Positions 8,349 through 17,129 are shown, counted from the first letter of the stretch. The stretch: 38,359 nt of DNA from Patescibacteria group bacterium (GCA_040384765.1 JAZKIQ010000005.1:87558-125916), one strand, 5' to 3'. Program-made: numbers and translations. The notes: generated from the letters alone by a model not told the origin.

Positions 8349-8462
8349 TTAGCCTTGGCGCTGCTTATGCTTCGGGGTTGGACAAATAACATACAAGCGC
8401 CCCTTGCGCTTGACCATACTGCACTTCGAGCAGATTTTCTTGATGGATGATCGTACCTTCAT
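8349..8462 (-). CDS. rpmJ: 50S ribosomal protein L36 (Zn-binding C+ form; below the ORF-track cutoff)
   Basis: Manual translation [37 protein letters not shown]. Confidence 0.97.
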   Translation of the reverse strand: MKVRSSIKKICSKCSMVKRKGRLYVICPTPKHKQRQG

Positions 8463-8463
8463 A

Positions 8464-8682
8464 TTACAGTCGCTTTATGATCCGCCCTCGCTCCCCATAC
8501 TGATCCATGGTGAGCTCAACCTTATCTCCAATAAGCACTTTAATCTTATGAATTCTCATCTTTCCCGAAAGATACGCGAGAACGATGTTCCCGGGCTCGA
8601 GCTCGACGCGAAACATTGCATTAGGCAACGCTTCAGAGACTACACCCATCCTGTTCGTCCCTTTATCATCAGATTGTGCCAT
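8464..8682 (-). CDS. infA: Translation initiation factor IF-1
   Basis: [34 protein letters not shown]; ATG 8682. Confidence 0.97.
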   Translation of the reverse strand: MAQSDDKGTNRMGVVSEALPNAMFRVELEPGNIVLAYLSGKMRIHKIKVLIGDKVELTMDQYGERGRIIKRL

Positions 8683-8700
8683 ATGAAGAAGCGTTGAAAT

Positions 8701-8730
8701 ATAGTAGCAAAAATAAGGCTTTCCTGTCAA
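8701..8730 (-). promoter_or_regulatory. Probable promoter of the infA-rpsI operon
   Basis: Minus strand TTGACA (8725-8730), 18 nt, TG-C-TACTAT (8701-8706). Confidence 0.65.
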
Positions 8731-8813
8731 ACCCAAGCTATTCCCTGGCTCAAAACAAGGGATTCCGTGTATCAAGCGGTGGCACATCTGCCCTTTCTAG
8801 GCCCGAAAATCGG

Positions 8814-10049
8814 CTATTTGCGGCGGATTGCGATCGCCTCTGGGTTGGAAGGGAAACGAATAATCCAAGGAGGGCTAAAGAGTGCCTCTGCTTTCTCGAT
8901 TGTTGGATATTTTTTAAGCACCTCTCCATAGTCGCTCTTTGAAACACCCACAAGATCCTGCCGAAGAGCAGCTTCGTCGAGCGTCCACCGGAGGTCTGCA
9001 CTGCCAGTAAAGGCCAAAGTGATGGCTGTTACCTTTTCGGGATCAATTGACTCTTTGTTTGCTATCGCAAAAGTGAGAGCTTCTGGGTTTGTAATATCGA
9101 TCGCCTCTCCCCCGTAGCCTTCTATCTTCTTGTGTGCAATCGCGCGAGCAAGGGAGGTGCGCTCGAGGATCACTCCGTAGAGTACCCCTTTCGCATGCAC
9201 CTCGAGCGAGTCGGGCGATGCGGAGCTATCGTCCGATCGAGCAAAGGCAATAGTCCCAAAATCGGCCCCCTCATAGAAAAGGTACCCTTCGGCCGTCTGC
9301 TTTTTTGCCTTCTCGAGCAGTGAAATGCGGAGCGACTCTTCGAGCCGATGTCGTGCGTCAAGAATATCTGTATCTTTGGCTATCTTCTGCTTACCTTGTG
9401 CTCCCCCCTTCATCTCTGTTTTTGAGCGAGCGTAGATCTTTTCGTATTTAGGAGTTCCCTTGAGGCCAGGTACCGTAAAGTCGACAAGGCCAATATTGTA
9501 CGCATCTCCTGCCTCCGCCGCAGTAACTGCAGCTGACACAGAGCCAGGCACCGTACCTTTCATACCCGGAATAACAATCGCCTTGTCGGCTTTGTAGATC
9601 TTGCCATCTGCTGTCTCGAAGCGGGTGTTTGCTACAAGGCGCTGCTCCGCCGCGCTAAATGCGTTGTATACCAAGATAGTGCCGGTCGCTTTTTTGGTGA
9701 CGTCGGAAAATCCGTTTGCAGGCACCTGGGCGGTAGCTTCATCTTCAATCTTCATCACCTCAAAGTGCACCGCCAGAGGATCCTCTTTGCGGAGTGCCGA
9801 ATAGGCATCGTCCACAACGACAGTAGCACTCCTCTGTACGATATCGAGTGTAGCGCTCCCAAAGACAGATGCAGAGAAGAAAAACCCAACAACTCCAAGG
9901 AGTACGAGGCCGATTACGACGCGTTTTTTTGAAAAAAGCGGCCCTCGAACGCGGGGTGACTGGAATGAGGGCTCTGCTTTTGACACCAGAGGCTCGCGCC
10001 GCACGGTCTCCTTTTTTACAAAAATATCTTGGATGAGCTTCTTTGCCAT
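8814..10049 (-). CDS. Single-pass membrane protein with baseplate J/gp47-like extracellular beta domain
   Basis: TM near residues 45-65, then KATGTILVYN..LVANTRF..G..YK...VTAAEAGDAYNIG pattern that I associate with baseplate-J-like domains; assigned from motif recall. Confidence 0.6.
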   Translation of the reverse strand: MAKKLIQDIFVKKETVRREPLVSKAEPSFQSPRVRGPLFSKKRVVIGLVLLGVVGFFFSASVFGSATLDIVQRSATVVVDDAYSALRKEDPLAVHFEVMKIEDEATAQVPANGFSDVTKKATGTILVYNAFSAAEQRLVANTRFETADGKIYKADKAIVIPGMKGTVPGSVSAAVTAAEAGDAYNIGLVDFTVPGLKGTPKYEKIYARSKTEMKGGAQGKQKIAKDTDILDARHRLEESLRISLLEKAKKQTAEGYLFYEGADFGTIAFARSDDSSASPDSLEVHAKGVLYGVILERTSLARAIAHKKIEGYGGEAIDITNPEALTFAIANKESIDPEKVTAITLAFTGSADLRWTLDEAALRQDLVGVSKSDYGEVLKKYPTIEKAEALFSPPWIIRFPSNPEAIAIRRK

Positions 10050-10070
10050 AAGGTAAGTCTATCACGACGA

Positions 10071-11249
10071 CTACCCAAAAAGTGAGTGCACAACTGCTCC
10101 GGCCTCCCAAGTGAGGAGGTCGTCTGGCTTTACCGAAGGCTCAACCCCGAAAAAGGGATGTGGGTAGATGGTGCTCGGGAGCACCGTTTCAAACGCCGTA
10201 TTCTCAATATTAAACTGTCGAAACGAAGGGTCCTGAAAGAAGCTCGTGTAGAAATCTCGAAGTTCTGGCGGAGCAAACAAGAGAAACTGCTTTGGCACAA
10301 GATACAGCTCGCTAATCTCTCCGAGTAGCTCGTGGAACTTTGCCACAAGCTCCTCTCGGGTTTTTCCCAGTGCAAGAGCGCAGCGCATACGCTCCTCGGT
10401 AGAGACAGCGCCAGCGTGCGTAGCAAGGAGCGTCGAAGAGACGACCTCTTTCTCGCACCCCAGCTCCTTCCCAAGAAGGCGCAGCACCACCTCTTTGCCA
10501 AACGGAAAGGTGCCTATTTCACTTATTCGTCCTTCCCTCACCACGACAAGCTCGACATCGTGCGCGGCCACGTCGACAATCACGAGATCACCAAGCGCTG
10601 TTGACGATGAGAGCGTCTGGAAGAGCGCAAAGGCGCGGGCCTTAGACGAGAGCACTGCCCGAGGAAACTCTGCTCGTACCGTCTCCTCAAGCATCGTATT
10701 GAAAGCGGCGGGAGTAACAGACAAAAGCAGATCGAGCGCAATCATCTGCGCCTTTTGTCCCACAAGCGTCTCTATGGAGTAGCCGTTTGCTCGATAGGCA
10801 AGATGCTCTTCGTCGAGAAGGGTAAACTTTGGCACCTCCTCATCCACATCAAACGACTCGGCAACCTCCTTCTTAAAGGAGAGCACTGCCCCTTCGATCA
10901 TATCTTTCTGTGTCTGCTCTGACACGAGTGCGCGGTCGCTGAAATGCGCTTCTGCACGGCGAACATGCGACACAGAAAGGGGTGAACCGAGAATACAGAG
11001 TACGGTGCTCGCATGCACAGCTCCATGCTTCTTTGCCTCAAGCAGTGCATGTACAAACACCTTCTTCACCTCAGCAAAAAAACGCGTCTTTGGGCGAAGA
11101 TAGCTATGCGGAAGCGGATAGCGAGCAGCAAATATCATCGAAAGAGCGTCTCCCTCTTTACGGAAGAGCCCTACACCGATCGAGCCTGAGTCAAAGTCAA
11201 AGAGGAGATGCAGCTCTGGCTCTTTTTTCTTGAACGAGAAAAAACTCAC
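10071..11249 (-). CDS. Degenerate actin-fold (FtsA/PilM-like) protein
   Basis: LLFDFDSGSIGVG (phosphate-1-like), VIVDVAAHDVELVVV (phosphate-2-like), FPFG helix; GTG 11249 lies 6 nt after a TATACT box. Confidence 0.6.
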   Translation of the reverse strand: MSFFSFKKKEPELHLLFDFDSGSIGVGLFRKEGDALSMIFAARYPLPHSYLRPKTRFFAEVKKVFVHALLEAKKHGAVHASTVLCILGSPLSVSHVRRAEAHFSDRALVSEQTQKDMIEGAVLSFKKEVAESFDVDEEVPKFTLLDEEHLAYRANGYSIETLVGQKAQMIALDLLLSVTPAAFNTMLEETVRAEFPRAVLSSKARAFALFQTLSSSTALGDLVIVDVAAHDVELVVVREGRISEIGTFPFGKEVVLRLLGKELGCEKEVVSSTLLATHAGAVSTEERMRCALALGKTREELVAKFHELLGEISELYLVPKQFLLFAPPELRDFYTSFFQDPSFRQFNIENTAFETVLPSTIYPHPFFGVEPSVKPDDLLTWEAGAVVHSLFG

Positions 11250-11285
11250 CTCTAGAGTATAGCGCACATCATGAATCGTGGGGCA

Positions 11286-11978
11286 CTACTCGGCACTCAA
11301 AAGACATTGATTGAGCGCCGCATCCGCACGCCATCCACATGAACCAACAGACGATCGCTCGCACACAGCTGATCGGTAGCATGCGTATGCTTCGCGATAT
11401 TCACACGTTGAGGCGACCTGCGTATCTCCACACACCTGAGCCGAGCAGCCGCTAATGACGCAGCCGTCGTACGCACCAGCCTTGCGATTGGCAAACTGCA
11501 CACCACCTACCACGGGAGTCTCTGCTTTTTTGGTCGCCTTGAGCTTCACGGGGACACGTACCTCGGCATCGTGCTCTGCCAGCCCAGAGGGATTATCTTT
11601 TTTAAATACAAGGACGCCGTCAGTGTCTGCCGACAGCTCATAAGAAATATCTGCCATAAAGGGCACAAATGCATCGGTCATCCACTCCCCCTGTGCTTGT
11701 GCAGGGACGATCGCAAGCTGCTTGCCCGTGCTATCGAGCAGCTCTACCGGAAATGAGGCTTCAAAATACCAATAGCCTCGAGCTTGACCCGAAAGATGAA
11801 TCGGCGAAGAGACCGTGTCCCCTGGCCTTGGCGCGGAGATGGTAATCAGCTCACCCACCTGCGGTGTCGTATCTACGGTAGCCGTGTCGTCAGGCGCCTT
11901 GTCGACGAGCACTGACACCCCTACCACAACAAGAACAAGGATAAAAAGACCAACAATACTTCGTGCTTGTGTATTCAT
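11286..11978 (-). CDS. Membrane-anchored Gmad2-type Ig-like protein with C-terminal eight-cysteine domain
   Basis: TM; ITISAPRPGDTVSSPI.LSGQARG.WYFEASFPVEL...KKDNPSGL; C-terminus has 8 Cys (CVISGCSAQVC..STCE..ACY..CE..CGW..C). Confidence 0.7.
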   Translation of the reverse strand: MNTQARSIVGLFILVLVVVGVSVLVDKAPDDTATVDTTPQVGELITISAPRPGDTVSSPIHLSGQARGYWYFEASFPVELLDSTGKQLAIVPAQAQGEWMTDAFVPFMADISYELSADTDGVLVFKKDNPSGLAEHDAEVRVPVKLKATKKAETPVVGGVQFANRKAGAYDGCVISGCSAQVCGDTQVASTCEYREAYACYRSAVCERSSVGSCGWRADAALNQCLLSAE

Positions 11979-12002
11979 AATGTGTTATCGAGCCATACGT
12001 GT

Positions 12003-12824
12003 TTAAACAAGAGTATACCCCTCGGGCATCTCCTTAAGAAATCCCTCCTTCTCAAGGAGACGGCTTACCTCAGCAATAGTGTCAACCGGAAAATCGGTCG
12101 CGCGCGAAAGCTCTTCGAGCGATAGCATGGGAGACAGAGAAAGAGCGCGCAGGAGTGCACCTCGTATCTGACGGCGGGAACCCACAAAAGGTGACTGCTT
12201 CGTATATGTTTTACTCTTGCGATTCGGATTAGGAACCTTTTTTGCAAGAAACGCTCCATGGTCCATAAGCGCGTAAAACCATTCGCGTGGATTCTTTTTA
12301 TCGATAGTCTCGCCGACAAGCTTGAGAATATCGCTGTCCTTCACCTTTTTTGCTCGCGGAAAAAAGAAGTAAATATAGACGCGACGGATATTGGTCTCGA
12401 TAAATGGCGCGGGAAGATTAAAGGCAAACGCAGCAAGCGAACCGGCAGTAGCTGGACCGATTCCCGGCAAGGTCTCGAGTACCACACTGTCCGATGGAAG
12501 CTTTCCCTGATGGTCTAGCACCACGATCTCTGCCAGACGCTTAAGACCGAGTGCTCGGCGGTTGTAGCCAAGACCTTGCCACGCGCGTATCACATCGGCC
12601 GATGATGCTTGAGCAAGTGCGCTGAAGTCCGGAAACTGCTTTAAAAATGCTTCCCACTTTGGACGCACGCGATCCACCTGCGTCTGCTGAAGCATTATCT
12701 CCGAGATAAGCACCGCATACGGATCAGGATTGTGGCGCCACGGCATCTCACGGCCATACATCTTATAGTACCGCCAGATCTCCTTCTTAAAACTATGAAT
12801 TTTTACTTTCTTTTTTACTGACAT
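12003..12824 (-). CDS. mutY: A/G-specific adenine glycosylase (MutY-like, no Fe-S motif)
   Basis: MPWR..DPY..ISEIMLQQTQV, WQGLGYNRRA, HhH LPGIGPATA; ATG 12824 preferred because the upstream extension runs into a repeat. Confidence 0.9.
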   Translation of the reverse strand: MSVKKKVKIHSFKKEIWRYYKMYGREMPWRHNPDPYAVLISEIMLQQTQVDRVRPKWEAFLKQFPDFSALAQASSADVIRAWQGLGYNRRALGLKRLAEIVVLDHQGKLPSDSVVLETLPGIGPATAGSLAAFAFNLPAPFIETNIRRVYIYFFFPRAKKVKDSDILKLVGETIDKKNPREWFYALMDHGAFLAKKVPNPNRKSKTYTKQSPFVGSRRQIRGALLRALSLSPMLSLEELSRATDFPVDTIAEVSRLLEKEGFLKEMPEGYTLV

Positions 12825-12829
12825 TTTTT

Positions 12830-12950
12830 CTAAGCTCCAAATTACAAACAAACCTCAATCTCAAAAATTATAATAATTCAAACGAATTTAGTTTGTTTAT
12901 TTAATGGTTGAAATTTATCTGGAATTTGGGATTTGATGCTTGGAATTTTT
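12830..12950. repeat. Palindromic heptamer element, family C copy 1 (degenerate)
   Basis: Right arm TTATCTGGAATTTGGGATTTGATGCTTGGAATTT shared with copies at 21818 and 33433; overlaps the nth 3' end. Confidence 0.7.
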
Positions 12951-13703
12951 TAAAAGCCATGGAATTTTGTCGCCAAACTCATGCGTGAGCGGGCATACGG
13001 CATGATCGTGCTTGGTTGCTTTGCAGTAGGTGCGGCCATAGTCGATGATGCGATACGTAAAGGTAAACCACTCTTCCTTTGGCAACAGCTCCATCAGGTC
13101 TCGCTCGATCTTTTCGGGAGTTTTCTCTTTTGTGAGACCGAGTACCTGCGCAAGACGTGTAACATGAGTGTCGACTGCAATCCCCTCTATCACACCGTAC
13201 GCATTTCCCAGCACCACATTCGCCGTTTTGCGCGCAACGCCGGGGATCTCGAGCATCTCCTCCATCGTCTTTGGAATAGCACCGCCATATTTTTTACTGA
13301 CGAGGTTTGCCGCTGCAAGAATATTTTTTGTCTTGTTTTTGTAGAAACCGCTCTGGAAAATATCTTTTTCAAACTCACGCGGATTTGCTCGTGCATAGTC
13401 GGCAAGCGTGCGGTATTTCGTGAATAGCTTTTCGGTGATCTCGTTAACCTTTTTGTCGGTACACTGAGCAGAAAGCTGCACAGCCACGAGGAGCTCCCAG
13501 TTGTTGTTGTAGCGGAGTATCGTTGCCGGCCTCCCGGGAAACAATCTGCCCAGAGCGGCGTGCACTGCCCTTGCACGATTCTTCTCTTTTTCGCTAAAGC
13601 GACTCTTCATCCCGTTAGAAATCAGATCCCCAACTCTTTCTCTGGCGATACGGGTTCTTTTCGGATATTTGGATGAGGACAAGCTATTTCTAACGGGATT
13701 CAT
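12915..13703 (-). CDS. nth: Endonuclease III
   Basis: WELLVAVQLSAQCTDKKVN, HhH IPGVARKTANVV, IAVDTHV; first 31 codons derive from an inserted element (original start ATG 13610). Confidence 0.95.
   Translation of the reverse strand: MNPVRNSLSSSKYPKRTRIARERVGDLISNGMKSRFSEKEKNRARAVHAALGRLFPGRPATILRYNNNWELLVAVQLSAQCTDKKVNEITEKLFTKYRTLADYARANPREFEKDIFQSGFYKNKTKNILAAANLVSKKYGGAIPKTMEEMLEIPGVARKTANVVLGNAYGVIEGIAVDTHVTRLAQVLGLTKEKTPEKIERDLMELLPKEEWFTFTYRIIDYGRTYCKATKHDHAVCPLTHEFGDKIPWLLKNSKHQIPNSR
13610..13698. mobile_element. MITE-like element, family B copy 1 (89 bp)
   Basis: TIR TCCCGTTAGAAAT/ATTTCTAACGGGA, flanked by TTCA direct repeats (13606-09, 13699-702). Confidence 0.8.
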
Positions 13704-13726
13704 CCTTTCAGTCTAGACACGAATGA

Positions 13727-13769
13727 AAAACAAGCAAGCGGCGACCGTAGGTCGCCGCTTGCTTGTTTT
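13727..13769. terminator. 20-bp perfect hairpin with 3-nt loop
   Basis: AAAACAAGCAAGCGGCGACC-GTA-GGTCGCCGCTTGCTTGTTTT, just after the stop of the small charged ORF. Confidence 0.75.
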
Positions 13770-13778
13770 AAAATGAGA

Positions 13779-13991
13779 TTAGAGATCCCCTGAAATATCC
13801 TTATCCTCTACCTGGTCGCGATCTGATTTGTCGCTATCTTCCTCAAACTTTTCTGTCTTATCCTGTTCCTTCTGCCATCCACCACCTCCACCTTCACGAT
13901 TCTCCTTCTCCTTGTCCCGATCCTCCTCGCGCTTTTTGTCCTTATCGTTGTTACCCTGGTTCATCGACTGATTCTTGTTCTTGTTTTCCAT
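13779..13991 (-). CDS. Small highly charged, probably disordered protein (70 aa)
   Basis: MENKNKNQSMNQGNNDKDKKREED...; followed by a strong hairpin. Confidence 0.55.
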   Translation of the reverse strand: MENKNKNQSMNQGNNDKDKKREEDRDKEKENREGGGGGWQKEQDKTEKFEEDSDKSDRDQVEDKDISGDL

Positions 13992-14102
13992 AGTTTTATC
14001 CTTAAAAATGCAGGGCATACTTCCTGCTCTCTCGTAGACGCTTCCCCAAGATAGCTATTACAAAGGACGAGTGGCGCGAAAACCGGCTTCTCGCGACCTC
14101 GT

Positions 14103-15413
14103 TTAGCTAATTTTTTTTACCAAGGAGACAAACTTTCGGCCCCGGTCAAACTCATTCTTAAACAGCTCAAACGAGGCGGCGGCGGGAGAAAAGAGTACAA
14201 TGTCTCCCTTTTTCGCAAGCTTTGCAGCAACCTCCACCGCCTCTTTAAGGCTTTTTGTTTCGGTAAACTCTTTTCGAAGATCATCCTTGAGCTTTTCGGT
14301 TGCCGAGCCTGTGAGAAGTACGAGATCGCGCACATTGCGATTGATCGCGCGAGCAAGATCCTCATACGGGAGATCTTTGTCCGTGCCTCCTGCAATCAAA
14401 ATAAGATGTTCTTTTGGAAATGACGCGATCGCCTGAATGGTTGAAAACGGCGCCGTTGAACAGGTGTCGTTCACCCATATTGCCTTCCGTGTTTTCTTTA
14501 CGGTCTCAAGCCTGCCAAAAAGCGGCTTCGTTTTAACAAGCGCCTTTATGCCATCTGCTTCCTCGATCCCCATAAGCGAGGCGACGAGGAGCGCGCACGC
14601 AGCGTTTTCAACCATATGCTTTCCGGTAAGGCCGAAATTCTTTGCACGCAAGAGCTCATCGAGCTTTTTAGAGTACGCGTACACTCCCGTGCGACCCACA
14701 CTCTCCTCCTTAAGGTCGGAAAGACTTTTTGATACCACGAGGTGATCCCGGGGCGACTGGTATGCGTAGATGAGCTTCTTTGCTCGGGTGTACTCATCAA
14801 ACGACGTGTAGGTGTTGAGGTGGTCCTCTTCGATGTTCGTAATCACTGCAATATGAGGGCTGCGCTCAACGATCTTGAGCGACTCCACCTGCCAGCTGGA
14901 AAGCTCGAGCACAAAGAGATCTTTCCTTTTTGCAGAAAGAAGAAACGGGAGGACCGGCACGCGGATATTGCCCCCCATATGTACCTTGTAGCGGGAGCGG
15001 AGCACCTCTGCGACAAGTGACGTAGTAGTAGACTTTCCTTTTGTGCCAGTGATCCCAATGATCGGATTTTTTGCCCACAAAAAGAACAAGCTGATCTCGG
15101 TGTGTATCGGGACTCCCGCCTTTTTTGCAATCCCAAGATAGGGCGAGCTCTTGCGCACTGCAGGATTTTTGATAATGAGGTCCGCGTTTTTGAAATCTTC
15201 TTCGCGGTGCCCACCGAGCGCGTACGAGATATTTTTATACCGCGCAAGCTTCTTGATCGAAGGGATAAGATGCTCGCGCGACTTGAGGTCTGTTACCACC
15301 ACCTTTGCACCAATTTTTGAGAAAAATTGCACCACACCAAGGCCGCCGCCATGTACGCCAAGGCCCATTACAAGCACTTTCTTCCCTTTGAGGTCATTCC
15401 AGGAGTTGAACAT
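14103..15413 (-). CDS. murD: UDP-N-acetylmuramoyl-L-alanine--D-glutamate ligase
   Basis: KVLVMGLGVHGGG, GITGTKGKSTT, VLELSSWQ, EDHL, SPAAASFELFKNEFDRG; ATG 15413. Confidence 0.95.
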   Translation of the reverse strand: MFNSWNDLKGKKVLVMGLGVHGGGLGVVQFFSKIGAKVVVTDLKSREHLIPSIKKLARYKNISYALGGHREEDFKNADLIIKNPAVRKSSPYLGIAKKAGVPIHTEISLFFLWAKNPIIGITGTKGKSTTTSLVAEVLRSRYKVHMGGNIRVPVLPFLLSAKRKDLFVLELSSWQVESLKIVERSPHIAVITNIEEDHLNTYTSFDEYTRAKKLIYAYQSPRDHLVVSKSLSDLKEESVGRTGVYAYSKKLDELLRAKNFGLTGKHMVENAACALLVASLMGIEEADGIKALVKTKPLFGRLETVKKTRKAIWVNDTCSTAPFSTIQAIASFPKEHLILIAGGTDKDLPYEDLARAINRNVRDLVLLTGSATEKLKDDLRKEFTETKSLKEAVEVAAKLAKKGDIVLFSPAAASFELFKNEFDRGRKFVSLVKKIS

Positions 15414-15417
15414 CAGG

Positions 15418-16128
15418 TTAGCTCTGAGGATACGAGGTAAATAAATAGGAAGCAAGTATCGCAGCTGTTTCCGCCCGGAGCGTGGTGGGCGCAAGCGAAA
15501 CAAAAGTAGCTCCTATTTCACGAGCCATTTCGCGCTCGGCGTCGGTCCACCCGCCCTCTGGGCCAACAAATACATATGAGGTGCCTTTCACTTTCACGCT
15601 ACTCGGAGATCCATATTCCGAGCCTCCATCACAAAAAATCACCGTGCCTTTTCGGTTGGCTCCAAAAAGCGCAGAGTCGAGAGAGATCGGCTCTTCGAGA
15701 GTTGGCACAAACGCGCGACCAGACTGCTCTGACGCTTCCTTCATAATTTTTTCAAGCCGGGGGCGCACAAAACCCTGCTTTACCGTACGCTCGGTTGAAA
15801 GCGGGATGACAGACTCCACGCCAACCTCGACAGCTTTCTGGACCGCGAGCTCAAAATTATCTTTTTTCAGAAGTGAAAGGCATAGCACCACAGGGGCAGT
15901 CGATTCGGTGGCCACCTTCTCCGCTTTACAATTTTCAAGGAAAACTTTTCCTTTTTCATGCCCCGAAATGGTGCAGCGCGAGAGGATACCGTTTCCATTT
16001 CCCACAATAATCTGTTCACCTTTCCCAAGCTTCAGTACATTTACGATCTGGTGGACAACCTCTTGGTCAGTAAGAACCTGGCTTTCACTCTTTGTATCAA
16101 ACGGGCCAATAAAGCGGTGAATCTTCAT
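15418..16128 (-). CDS. rsmE: 16S rRNA m3U1498 methyltransferase
   Basis: QKAVEVGV, EASEQSGR, VGPEGGW, LRAETAA. Confidence 0.95.
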   Translation of the reverse strand: MKIHRFIGPFDTKSESQVLTDQEVVHQIVNVLKLGKGEQIIVGNGNGILSRCTISGHEKGKVFLENCKAEKVATESTAPVVLCLSLLKKDNFELAVQKAVEVGVESVIPLSTERTVKQGFVRPRLEKIMKEASEQSGRAFVPTLEEPISLDSALFGANRKGTVIFCDGGSEYGSPSSVKVKGTSYVFVGPEGGWTDAEREMAREIGATFVSLAPTTLRAETAAILASYLFTSYPQS

Positions 16129-16186
16129 GGGGTAAAATTGAGTGATGCTCTAGTATACCCAAGCCTCGTTTTTTTCCAAAGAAAAA

Positions 16187-16311
16187 TAGGGCGCACGCAG
16201 TTGGATGCAGTTCGAGGCGCGAGCGAGGCTTATGACCAAGCTGTAGACCTACTACTGCGCGGGAGTAAACGAACGAAGCAACGAAGAAATGCGCCGACTG
16301 CGTGCGCCCTA
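16187..16311. mobile_element. Structured TAG...CTA element, family D copy 1
   Basis: TIR TAGGGCGCACGCAGTTGG/CCGACTGCGTGCGCCCTA; internal CGAGGCG..AGCTGTAG-N5-CTACTGCG..GCAACGAAG. Confidence 0.75.
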
Positions 16312-16368
16312 AAAGAAAGACCGCGCACCAGGAGACTGGTACGCGGGTATTTTGAAAATCGGGCTTTC

Positions 16369-17073
16369 CTACTCCCAATAAAACCGTATTGCCCGAGCCT
16401 TTGCAAGCTGATCAGGCCAGGGCATTGCGAGCTCGATCGCGCGCTGGCGAGCGATACCAGCAGCCGTCCGGTTATCACGGCAAGCGAGAAAATCGGCGTA
16501 GGAACGATGAAACCGAGACCGATTCTCTGGATCGAAGTCATCGAGCGCACGCTCGAGCTCCTCATACTCCGCATTGAGCTGCTCGGAGTTGGCACTGAAC
16601 TCCGAGGGCGTACTTCCCGCGATCAGCTTTGCTCTTCCTTCGAGCATTCGCAGCGAGAGGAGCGCGCGGCTGTTCGGCCTGCTCCCTTCCCGTTCGAGAC
16701 CCTCCTGCGCATACGCAATCGCATCCTCTGCGCGTCCAATACGCAGAAAGAATGCAGCGGCCACGTCGCACTGGTCGGCCGTGAGATCTCTCTTCGGGCA
16801 CAGGAGGCACTGGGCTCCGAGCGCGAGTGCACCGAGTCCGCCGAAGAGTACCCGAAGGGGGAGGAAGAGCACCTTGCCGACCCCCGTCGCGCGCGTCGCG
16901 GCTGTACTCGAAGCTGTACCAAACCCGCTCATCAAGATTGAAAAACAGCTTGCGACCTTACCAGAGCAAAAAGCTCCGAGGGCTCTTGCGAGCGCCACGA
17001 CGAGCGCCGTCACCAGCTTCCCCGAATAGGCGGGATCATCAGTCTTGGGCAACTTCTCACCGAGCGTATCCAT
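16369..17073 (-). CDS. Hypothetical helical protein with possible TPR-like C-terminal half
   Basis: AGGAGG SD, own extended -10 promoter; hydrophobic N-half, then A/L-rich helices (RIGRAEDAIAYAQEGL). Confidence 0.65.
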   Translation of the reverse strand: MDTLGEKLPKTDDPAYSGKLVTALVVALARALGAFCSGKVASCFSILMSGFGTASSTAATRATGVGKVLFLPLRVLFGGLGALALGAQCLLCPKRDLTADQCDVAAAFFLRIGRAEDAIAYAQEGLEREGSRPNSRALLSLRMLEGRAKLIAGSTPSEFSANSEQLNAEYEELERALDDFDPENRSRFHRSYADFLACRDNRTAAGIARQRAIELAMPWPDQLAKARAIRFYWE

Positions 17074-17129
17074 ATCGCACCCTCCTGCAGTAGCCCGAAG
17101 CTACCTTTCACTGTTACGAATCAAGGTAA

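Noticed and set aside
7483-8352. 289-aa plus-strand ORF and similar long antisense ORFs over rpoA, mltG and gap
   Set aside because: Antisense to unambiguous conserved genes.
8814-10049. Prophage or tailocin suggested by the baseplate-like gene
   Set aside because: No other phage structural, lysis or integration genes; the protein has a TM anchor and housekeeping neighbours.
15958-16941. 327-aa plus-strand ORF
   Set aside because: Overlaps rsmE, a repeat element and the SD-led minus-strand orphan; no protein-like features.
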